From: Nitrosopumilus sp.
GTDB taxonomy: Archaea > Thermoproteota > Nitrososphaeria > Nitrososphaerales > Nitrosopumilaceae
Assembly (NCBI GenBank): GCA_965207075.1
Contig: CBDBLO010000002.1
Coordinates: 800,001 to 864,000 of the forward strand
Length of the DNA stretch: 64,000 bases
Direction: 5' to 3'
The notes beneath the pieces were generated by a model. That model ran no database searches. It was not told the origin of the DNA and worked only from the letters and a program-made list of their open reading frames with translations. The stretch's first letter is position 1, and the number at the start of each line of letters is the position of its first letter. Position numbers and translations under genes: made by a program. Below are positions 1-8,501 of this stretch, piece after piece.

Positions 1-975
1 GGCAGGAAGCCCATACGCAAGCTGGACACGCTTGACGCAAGGTTCATCGTCCGCGAAAAGAGGAGGGGGACAAGCAGCAAGACGATTGCAGGCATCCTGA
101 AGGTCTGCATAAGGCAGGTGCAGCGCATCTGGAGCCGGTTCAGGCGCCTCGACACGGGGCGTATACTGTACCTTCCAAGGCGCCCCGGCAGGCACCGGAA
201 GGGCGAGCCGGGGCGCAGGGAGCACTCCGCGGTTTTGGCCGCGTTCGGCCGGGTCGTAAACGGCGCGTCTGCCATATACGGGCACATCAGGAACGCGGGG
301 GACCACGTCCCAAAGGATGTGGTGCACCGGGTGCTGCTTGAGAACGGGCTGGCGCGCGAGGAGCGCGCCAAGAAGAGGCAGCGCAGGTACGTGAGGTACG
401 AGCGGAGGCACAGCAACACGCTCTGGCACACGGACTATCCGCAGCTGGAGGACGGGAGGTGGCTGATCGTATACGCGGACGACTCGTCCCGGTACATCGT
501 CGGACACGGCGTGCTTGACCGCGCCACGTCCGAGAACGCCACCGCGGTCTTCAGGCGGGCCTGCCTGGCGCACGGGACGCCGTACTCGGTCCTGACCGAC
601 CACGGATCCCAGTTCTACGCCATGGAGTCCGAGGCAAAGCGCGAAAGGGGGCGCACGCACTTTGAGGAGCACCTCGGGGACGCCGGCGTAAAGCAGATCC
701 TGGCGCGCGTGGGGCACCCCCAGACCAACGGCAAGGCGGAGCGCGTGTTCAAGGAGTACAAGCACAAGATAGGACACTTTGCCGACGTTGCGGGACCGCC
801 GGGCACGGCGGCCCCGTTTGGCGCCCCCGCCGCAATGGAGAGCGACCCGACTGCCAGGTTCGTCAGGAACCACAACAACAAGCCGCACGGCAGCCTGTAC
901 GGGCAGACGCCCGCGGACGCGTACCGCGAGCGGAGGCTCCCAGAGGGCCGGTCATACAAGGATGACGGCGGGTAA
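1..975 (+). CDS. IS481-like DDE transposase (rve/integrase core), 5' end before the window
   Basis: Frame open from base 1 (GRKPIRKLD...); N-terminal HTH-like segment; DDE motifs LWHTDY, VLTDHGSQF, QTNGKAERVFK. Confidence 0.85.
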   Translation, partial: GRKPIRKLDTLDARFIVREKRRGTSSKTIAGILKVCIRQVQRIWSRFRRLDTGRILYLPRRPGRHRKGEPGRREHSAVLAAFGRVVNGASAIYGHIRNAGDHVPKDVVHRVLLENGLAREERAKKRQRRYVRYERRHSNTLWHTDYPQLEDGRWLIVYADDSSRYIVGHGVLDRATSENATAVFRRACLAHGTPYSVLTDHGSQFYAMESEAKRERGRTHFEEHLGDAGVKQILARVGHPQTNGKAERVFKEYKHKIGHFADVAGPPGTAAPFGAPAAMESDPTARFVRNHNNKPHGSLYGQTPADAYRERRLPEGRSYKDDGG

Positions 976-1187
976 GACACCTCAGTCAACCCCCGCCGTA
1001 GGACCCTCCAGCGTATGCTGCGCACGATCATGTAAAAGCGTACCTTTCGCGGCAGTTCGCGCACGTCGGGCACGCTGCCGGCCGCTTGGGCCGGCCCGGC
1101 GGAACCAAGAATTCAAAATTCATATGGAGCCCAGACACGCGTGGAGCAATGTCACGACACACCGTGACATCATTTTCCGACTCTACA
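1..1187 (+). mobile_element. IS481-family-like insertion sequence (partial)
   Basis: Transposase above; right end tentatively at ...ttttccgactctaca (IS481 ends are 5'-TGT); left end outside the window. Confidence 0.5.
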
Positions 1188-1276
1188 CCTAAAGTGTGGA
1201 CGTGCATTCTTTGTATTGCCTTGTCAATATTATGTGACCTTGCGTCTTATGTGCAAATACGCCAAAAAACCTGCAA

Positions 1277-4200
1277 ATGCCGACTTTCCGCGGTTTCGCC
1301 ACAGTTATTGTAGGCCGTGCCGGATTCCGGAGGCAGTCGTCGGGTCGGCCGCTGGCCGTATTTGCGGCGCTGCTGCTGCTGTTGGCGGCGGTGGCGGCTA
1401 CCGGGGAGCTCGTACCGCTGCCCGGCCTGCCGGGCGCGCCGCAGGCGGGCGACGGCGGATCGGAGCGGGGGGCGCCGGATGCACGGCCGGCGCAAGGCAG
1501 CGAGGCGCCTGCGCGGCCATTCTGGGGCACGCTGGCGCAGGCGCTGCACGCGGCAGGGGCCGTGTCGTCCGCGGATTTCTTGTCCGCCCCGCCCTGGCCC
1601 GTTCTGGCGGGTGCGCCGGGGCATGCGGCGCTGCTGCCGCAGGCGCACGCGCAGACGCCTGACGCTGGCGCCTTTGTCACCACGTGGAACACCACCGGGG
1701 AGTCCATCAGCACTAGTTACAGTATGGCGAGTGTCCGGTTTCACATAGGCGTGGCATCCGGCGGCCAGGCGGACATAGACTGGGGGGACGGCAGCCCGCC
1801 GCGGTCGTACAACGCGTCCGGGCCCGTGTCCCGCATTTACTTATACGAAGGGCCTCCCGTGCTCAGAAACAACACGGTGTCGATCTCTGGCAACCTGACG
1901 CACTTTTACTTTCACTACTATCATCTTTCCCAAACCGGGGATACCCCGGATGCGCTCCTGTCACTGGACCAGTGGGGGGACGCCAAATGGTCCGACATGA
2001 CAGGGATGTTCAGGGGTGCCACAAACATGCAGTACCGGGCGACTGACGCGCCGGACCTCTCCTCCGGACCCTCCGTGGCGAACATGTTTTACAAGACATA
2101 CTTTAACGGCGACATCTCCGGCTGGGACGTGTCACCCCTGACCAGCACAAGATACATGTTCAACAAGGCTTCCAGCTTTAACGGCGACATCTCCGGCTGG
2201 GACGTCTCCAACGTGACTGACATGACGTACATGTTCTCTGACGCCCACACATTCAACGGCGACATCTCCGGCTGGGACGTCTCCTCCGTGGAACGCATGG
2301 CGCAGATGTTCCAGGCCGCAGAGTCCTTCAACGGCGACATCTCCGGCTGGGACGTCTCCTCCGTGGAAAACATGTATGGGATGTTCCTTGCCGCAGAGTC
2401 CTTCAACGGCGACATCTCCGGCTGGGATGTCTCCTCCGTGGACGAACCGTACGGCATGGCTAACTTGCTGTATAACGCCTACGCCTTTGACAGGAACCTG
2501 GGACCGTGGTTTATCGTCCTGGAGGACACGCACATAGACCACGGCGTGACGCCGGTTTCGAGCATATCCCCGCAGGTCGGGTTTGATACGGGTGTCGACA
2601 GCTACAGCATCACGGGCGCCGACGCTGATCATTTCGCGATCACGGACGGACGCCTTGTCCTCAATTCCGCGTCTGACTACCACTCCAAACCCGAGTATCA
2701 CATAACGATAACTGCCAACACCACCGAGGTGAGCGCCATTTCTCCCGGCATGGAGCATTCTATCTCCCCCACCATCAGGGTCGAGCCACCCTCCCAATCG
2801 ACCCCGGCCGTCGCCTCCATCACGAGGCACGACCCCGCCTTCGCCACAACCGACAGCGGCACGCTCGTGTTCGGCGTGGCGTTCAGCAAGGACGTGACCG
2901 GCGTGGACGCGGGCGACTTTGAGCTCGCCCCGGGCAGCGCGGGCGACGGCACCCTGGTATACGCGTACTCCAGCTCGCCGGCCCTGTACGTGCCGTACGA
3001 CGCGTACAGGAACGACACGATAACCGTCACCGACTCGGGCGCGGCCTCGTCCGTGTCCGTGTCCGTCGACGTCGAGCACGACTACATCGGCGACCTGCTG
3101 GTGCAGCTCGTGGCGCCCGACGGCACTACCATGACGCTGCACGACCACACCGGCGGCAGCGATGCCAACATAACAAGGACCTACGAGGTGGGCCTTGCCG
3201 GAACCGAGATCAGCGGGAACTGGACGATGCGCCTACACGACAACTACGACGGGGACGAGGGCACCCTGCACAGCTGGAACCTGACGCTCGGGGTGGACGT
3301 CGACCCGGAGATTTCCGTTGCCGGCTCGGGCAGCCGGTACCTCGTCACCGTCGCGTCGCCGCAGCCGGGCACGTACAACCTGGACGTCGCGGAGGGCAAC
3401 GACATCGCGGACGGCTCCGGCCGCGCCCTGTCGGGACTCGCCCCTGCAGGCGACGACCAGTCCTACGCGGTCACACCCCCGTCCCGGCCGGTGATCACGC
3501 TGGCCGGCCAGCCGACCGTATACGTGCCAACCGGCTCCGTATACGCAGACGACGGCGCCGCGTGCGACGACGGCAACGGCAACGACATCTCGTCCCGGCT
3601 GGTCACGACGAACCCAGTAAACACGAGCGTCGCCGACACGTACGCCGTAACGTACGAGTGCTCGTCCGACTCGGGCAGGTCGGCCGTTCCGGCAACCCGG
3701 ACGGTGACCGTGTCGGATCCGCCGCCGCATGTGGAGTCCATCACTAGATATGATCCCGCCGAGGCCGCCACCGACAGCGGCACGCTCGTGTTCGGCGTGG
3801 CGTTCAGCAAGGACGTGACCGGCGTGGACGCGGGCGACTTTGAGCTCGCCCCGGGCAGCGCGGGCGACGGCACCCTGGTATACGCGTACTCCAGCTCGCC
3901 GGCCCTGTACGTGCCGTACGACGCGTACAGGAACGACACGATAACCGTCACCGACTCGGGCGCGGCCTCGTCCGTGTCCGTGTCCGTCGACGTCGAGCAC
4001 GACTACATCGGCGACCTGCTGGTGCAGCTCGTGGCGCCCGACGGCACTACCATGACGCTGCACGACCACACCGGCGGCAGCGATGCCAACATAACAAGGA
4101 CCTACGAGGTGGGCCTTGCCGGAACCGAGATCAGCGGGAACTGGACGATGCGCCTACACGACAACTACGACGGGGACGAGGGCACCCTGCACAGCTGGAA

Positions 4201-6598
4201 CCTGACGCTCGGGGTGGACGTCGACCCGGAGATTTCCGTTGCCGGCTCGGGCAGCCGGTACCTCGTCACCGTCGCGTCGCCGCAGCCGGGCACGTACAAC
4301 CTGGACGTCGCGGAGGGCAACGACATCGCGGACGGCTCCGGCCGCGCCCTGTCGGGACTCGCCCCTGCAGGCGACGACCAGTCCTACGCGGTCACACCCC
4401 CGTCCCGGCCGGTGATCACGCTGGCCGGCCAGCCGACCGTATACGTGCCAACCGGCTCCGTATACGCAGACGACGGCGCCGCGTGCGACGACGGCAACGG
4501 CAACGACATCTCGTCCCGGCTGGTCACGACGAACCCAGTAAACACGAGCGTCGCCGACACGTACGCCGTAACGTACGAGTGCTCGTCCGACTCGGGCAGG
4601 TCGGCCGTTCCGGCAACCCGGACGGTGACCGTGTCGGATCCGCCGCCGCATGTGGAGTCCATCACTAGATATGATCCCGCCGAGGCCGCCACCGACAGCG
4701 GCACGCTCGTGTTCGGCGTGGCGTTCAGCAAGGACGTGACCGGCGTGGACGCGGGCGACTTTGAGCTCGCCCCGGGCAGCGCGGGCGACGGCACCCTGGT
4801 ATACGCGTACTCCAGCTCGCCGGCCCTGTACGTGCCGTACGACGCGTACAGGAACGACACGATAACCGTCACCGACTCGGGCGCGGCCTCGTCCGTGTCC
4901 GTGTCCGTCGACGTCGAGCACGACTACATCGGCGACCTGCTGGTGCAGCTCGTGGCGCCCGACGGCACTACCATGACGCTGCACAACCGCACCGACTACG
5001 GCAATGACAACATAACAAGGACCTACGAGGTGGGCCTTGCCGGAACCGAGATCAGCGGGAACTGGACGATGCGCCTACACGACAACTACGACGGGGACGA
5101 GGGCACCCTGCACAGCTGGAACCTGACGCTCGGGGTGGACGTCGACCCGGAGATTTCCGTTGCCGGCTCGGGCAGCCGGTACCTCGTCACCGTCGCGTCG
5201 CCGCAGCCGGGCACGTACAACCTGGACGTCGCGGAGGGCAACGACATCGCGGACGGCTCCGGCCGCGCCCTGTCGGGACTCGCCCCTGCAGGCGACGACC
5301 AGTCCTACGCGGTCACACCCCCGTCCCGGCCGGTGATCACGCTGGCCGGCCAGCCGACCGTATACGTGCCAACCGGCTCCGTATACGCAGACGACGGCGC
5401 CGCGTGCGACGACGGCAACGGCAACGACATCTCGTCCCGGCTGGTCACGACGAACCCAGTAAACACGAGCGTCGCCGACACGTACGCCGTAACGTACGAG
5501 TGCTCGTCCGACTCGGGCAGGTCGGCCGTTCCGGCAACCCGGACGGTGACCGTGTCGGATCCGCCGCCGCATGTGGAGTCCATCACTAGATATGATCCCG
5601 CCGAGGCCGCCACCGACAGCGGCACGCTCGTGTTCGGCGTGGCGTTCAGCAAGGCCGTGACCGGCGTGGACGCGGGCGACTTTGAGCTCGCCCCGGGCAG
5701 TCCGGGAGCCAATCACCTTGGGCGCACGTACTCCAGCTCGCCGGCCCTGTACGTGCCGTACGACGCGTACAGGAACGACACGATAACCGTCACCGACTCG
5801 GGCGCGGCCTCGTCCGTGTCCGTGTCCGTCGACGTCGAGCACGACTACATCGGCGACCTGCTGGTGCAGCTCGTGGCGCCCGACGGCACTACCAGGACTC
5901 TGCACGACCGCGCAGGCCGATCCGCCGACGACATAACCGAGACCTACGAGGTGGGCCTTGCCGGAACCGAGATCAGCGGGAACTGGACGATGCGCCTACA
6001 CGACAACTACGACGGGGACGAGGGCACCCTGCACAGCTGGAACCTGACGCTCGGGGTGGACGTCGACCCGGAGATTTCCGTTGCCGGCTCGGGCAGCCGG
6101 TACCTCGTCACCGTCGCGTCGCCGCAGCCGGGCACGTACAACCTGGACGTCGCGGAGGGCAACGACATCGCGGACGGCTCCGGCCGCGCCCTGTCGGGAC
6201 TCGCCCCTGCAGGCGACGACCAGTCCTACACGGTCACCGCCGCGCATGGGTTCAAGACGTTCACGCGTACCAGCTCGCCGGCCCTGTCCGTGCCGTACGA
6301 CGTGTACGCGACTGACACGATAACCGTCACCGACTCGGGCGCGGCCTCGTCCGTGTCCGTGTCCGTCGACGTCGAGCACGACTACATCGGCGACCTACTG
6401 GTGCAGCTCGTGGCGCCCGACGGCACTACCAGGACTCTGCACGACCGCGCAGGCCGATCCTCCGACGACATAACCGAGACCTACGAGGTGGGCCTTGCCG
6501 GAACCGAGATCAACGGAACATGGGTGCTGCGCCTCCACGACAATCACGACGCAGACCAGGGCACCCTGAACAGCTGGACGCTTGCGATCGACTACTGA
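1277..6598 (+). CDS. Giant secreted/surface protein: DUF285 (BspA-like) repeats, then repeated Ig-like + proprotein-convertase P domain + DUF5011-like modules
   Basis: 1773-aa ORF; hydrophobic leader LAVFAALLLLLAAVAA; FVTTW..IDWGDG..QWG cap; FNGDISGWDVS repeats; P-domain motif VDVEHDYIGDLLVQLVAPDG...GNWTMRLHD..DEGTLHSW (5x); PVITLAG..Y.DDGA.C.D modules. Confidence 0.9.
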   Translation: MPTFRGFATVIVGRAGFRRQSSGRPLAVFAALLLLLAAVAATGELVPLPGLPGAPQAGDGGSERGAPDARPAQGSEAPARPFWGTLAQALHAAGAVSSADFLSAPPWPVLAGAPGHAALLPQAHAQTPDAGAFVTTWNTTGESISTSYSMASVRFHIGVASGGQADIDWGDGSPPRSYNASGPVSRIYLYEGPPVLRNNTVSISGNLTHFYFHYYHLSQTGDTPDALLSLDQWGDAKWSDMTGMFRGATNMQYRATDAPDLSSGPSVANMFYKTYFNGDISGWDVSPLTSTRYMFNKASSFNGDISGWDVSNVTDMTYMFSDAHTFNGDISGWDVSSVERMAQMFQAAESFNGDISGWDVSSVENMYGMFLAAESFNGDISGWDVSSVDEPYGMANLLYNAYAFDRNLGPWFIVLEDTHIDHGVTPVSSISPQVGFDTGVDSYSITGADADHFAITDGRLVLNSASDYHSKPEYHITITANTTEVSAISPGMEHSISPTIRVEPPSQSTPAVASITRHDPAFATTDSGTLVFGVAFSKDVTGVDAGDFELAPGSAGDGTLVYAYSSSPALYVPYDAYRNDTITVTDSGAASSVSVSVDVEHDYIGDLLVQLVAPDGTTMTLHDHTGGSDANITRTYEVGLAGTEISGNWTMRLHDNYDGDEGTLHSWNLTLGVDVDPEISVAGSGSRYLVTVASPQPGTYNLDVAEGNDIADGSGRALSGLAPAGDDQSYAVTPPSRPVITLAGQPTVYVPTGSVYADDGAACDDGNGNDISSRLVTTNPVNTSVADTYAVTYECSSDSGRSAVPATRTVTVSDPPPHVESITRYDPAEAATDSGTLVFGVAFSKDVTGVDAGDFELAPGSAGDGTLVYAYSSSPALYVPYDAYRNDTITVTDSGAASSVSVSVDVEHDYIGDLLVQLVAPDGTTMTLHDHTGGSDANITRTYEVGLAGTEISGNWTMRLHDNYDGDEGTLHSWNLTLGVDVDPEISVAGSGSRYLVTVASPQPGTYNLDVAEGNDIADGSGRALSGLAPAGDDQSYAVTPPSRPVITLAGQPTVYVPTGSVYADDGAACDDGNGNDISSRLVTTNPVNTSVADTYAVTYECSSDSGRSAVPATRTVTVSDPPPHVESITRYDPAEAATDSGTLVFGVAFSKDVTGVDAGDFELAPGSAGDGTLVYAYSSSPALYVPYDAYRNDTITVTDSGAASSVSVSVDVEHDYIGDLLVQLVAPDGTTMTLHNRTDYGNDNITRTYEVGLAGTEISGNWTMRLHDNYDGDEGTLHSWNLTLGVDVDPEISVAGSGSRYLVTVASPQPGTYNLDVAEGNDIADGSGRALSGLAPAGDDQSYAVTPPSRPVITLAGQPTVYVPTGSVYADDGAACDDGNGNDISSRLVTTNPVNTSVADTYAVTYECSSDSGRSAVPATRTVTVSDPPPHVESITRYDPAEAATDSGTLVFGVAFSKAVTGVDAGDFELAPGSPGANHLGRTYSSSPALYVPYDAYRNDTITVTDSGAASSVSVSVDVEHDYIGDLLVQLVAPDGTTRTLHDRAGRSADDITETYEVGLAGTEISGNWTMRLHDNYDGDEGTLHSWNLTLGVDVDPEISVAGSGSRYLVTVASPQPGTYNLDVAEGNDIADGSGRALSGLAPAGDDQSYTVTAAHGFKTFTRTSSPALSVPYDVYATDTITVTDSGAASSVSVSVDVEHDYIGDLLVQLVAPDGTTRTLHDRAGRSSDDITETYEVGLAGTEINGTWVLRLHDNHDADQGTLNSWTLAIDY
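2090..2500 (+). repeat. 75-bp in-frame tandem repeats (5 DUF285 units)
   Basis: ttyaacggcgacatctccggctggga at 2102, 2177, 2252, 2327, 2402. Confidence 0.9.
2849..6240 (+). repeat. 921-bp near-identical tandem repeat (3 full units + 1 partial)
   Basis: accgacagcggcacgctcgtgttcggc recurs at 2849, 3770, 4691, 5612. Confidence 0.95.
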
Positions 6599-6848
6599 TG
6601 GCATGCCCCAACTGCCGGCCTCCTATGGCCAACTGCAGGCTGCAGCGGACATCGCCCTTTGGCGCCGTCTGGCCGGCCGGAACCAACTGGGTCAACCAGG
6701 TGCCGCAAGTGCCGCCGCCCGTACCACCGGTTCACGAACCACAACCCGGGTGTCAAAAAATAGCGCGGTTGCACGTGCTGAACGCCTGCATCCGTCGCAG
6801 ATCTCTCAAGAGCAGGCCGTGTAGACTGCAGAACCTCGCCCAGCCACG

Positions 6849-8376
6849 GTTACCGGTTAGGTTCCGCTCAGGATATTCGGCGGCATGCCCGACACGTTGA
6901 GGCCCCGCTTCCTCCACGTCGGCACGCACGTCACTATGTATGGGAACGTTCTGGCGCCCTCCAGGCTGGCGATCCTGAACCTGATCTTCCGGGCCATGTC
7001 CACCTTCCTCAGCATCCGCTCGGACTCGCTGTTGGTCGGGTCCACCCCCGGGCGGTTGACGAACGTGAACAGGAAGGGCGCGGCGTTGGCAGGCTTCGTG
7101 GCAAACGTTGCGCCCGCGGCGCGCAGGCCGAACCGCCGCGCGATGGCAGCGGCGGCCGCGGCCGCTTCCATGGGCCCCGTGCCCACCTCGGGGCCGCCGG
7201 GGCCGCGCCGCCCGAGCTTGGCGTCGCGGTACAGCCGTACCAGAGCCGTGCAGCGCGGACAGCTCCGGGGCCGCTTCCCCGTGCTCCCTGGCCGGCGCGC
7301 CGGACTCGCGCAGTATGTGGGCCCGGCACCGCTGCCTGGCGGCATACCAGCCGTACCCGGAGTACCCGTCGCACGCCGGGGGCTTGTCGCGGTACGGCGC
7401 GACGCGGTCCATCACGACGCCTGCGCGCGACGGCGGGGCGTGCACGACAACGGAGTCACCGCCAATGACGGCCCACACGTAGCCGCCCCCGCGCGGGAAC
7501 CCGTACGTAGTCTCGTCGGCCTTGAGGTTCGGGGCCCCGCCCAGCGATCCCGCGATGCCGTCCCTCTCGGCCTGCAGCGCCCTGCACCGCGGCCGCCAGC
7601 GCGCCCTGCACCGCGGCCCTCCCGATACCCGCCCCGATACCCGCCCCGAAGGCGTCGTTCAGAATGTCCGCGATCCCGCTCGTGCTCACGTGCTTCTCCC
7701 ACATCTGCACCGCCCTTGAGACCAGGACGGGCCCCGGCGACGTCCCCCTGACTGCAACCCCGACGCCGTCCTCGTACAGCGACGGGGCCTCCGTGACGCG
7801 GCCGCACCTCCCGCATACGCCGTCGTGCGCCGCGTGGGAGACGGTCGCCGCCCCGGGCGCGGGCGGGACGTCGGTGGCCTGCCTCATGTCCGCGATGCGT
7901 CCCGCCCCCAGCCTGCTGCTGCCGCACCCCCGGCACTCACCGGGGACGTGGTGTACGGTCGGCGACGGCCTGCGGCCGTGCGAGACTCCCCTGTGCCCCG
8001 GCCTCCGTCCGGGCCTCTTGCAGTCCGCCGGGTCCTTCCTTGGGGCCGCCTTCTTCCGCCTCTCGGGGATGGGGCTGGCAGACGGCGGGCTGTGCGGGCT
8101 CTCGTAGCATGTGATGCGCCCGCCTCCCCCGCCCAGCTGCCCCCTCGGCTGCCCGTTCTGCACCTTCAGCTGCTCAATCTCGATCCTCGGCTGCCCGTTC
8201 TGCCCCCTCAGCTGCCCCAGGGCCGCATCCCTCTTTGACCTCCGCCGTGACCCGTGCGAGCTCGTCTCGCAGCAGCTTGACCCCGGAGGGGCTTGACACT
8301 GCGTCTGTGCGTGCCCAGTACGATATAGATCTGGTGATCTAGAAAGTTTGACCTTGTGCTCAATCTAACCAGTTAC
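6849..8376 (-). mobile_element. Degenerate IS66-family element (~1.5 kb)
   Basis: Imperfect terminal inverted repeats gttaccggttag (6849-6860) and ctaaccagttac (8365-8376) enclose IS66 transposase fragments. Confidence 0.7.
6857..8300 (-). pseudogene. IS66 transposase, multiply frameshifted
   Basis: Fragments in different frames: HSPPS..RKK..KRPGRRPGHRG, zinc finger CRGCG..CGRCG, CDGYSGY..QRCRAHILRE, LFTFVNRPGVDPTNSESERMLR. Confidence 0.85.
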
Positions 8377-8477
8377 AAGTTCCGGCGCCGTAATGTTTAA
8401 AATGACTCTGTAAGAATGGCGACTGTGGTTTATTCCATTATTCCCGCCATGATCCGGTTCGCACAGGATCCGGCAAC

Positions 8478-8489
8478 GGGGGGGGGGGG
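8478..8489 (+). repeat. G12 homopolymer just upstream of the second surface-protein gene
   Basis: cggcaac-G12-cagtccccc seen directly. Confidence 0.9.
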
Positions 8490-8501
8490 CAGTCCCCCGG
8501 A

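Noticed and set aside
6885-7751. 288-aa plus-strand ORF within the IS66 region
   Set aside because: Antisense to recognisable transposase fragments; Arg/Pro-rich with no motifs.
6841-8384. Target-site duplication of the IS66-like element
   Set aside because: The flanks cagccacg and aagttccg do not match.
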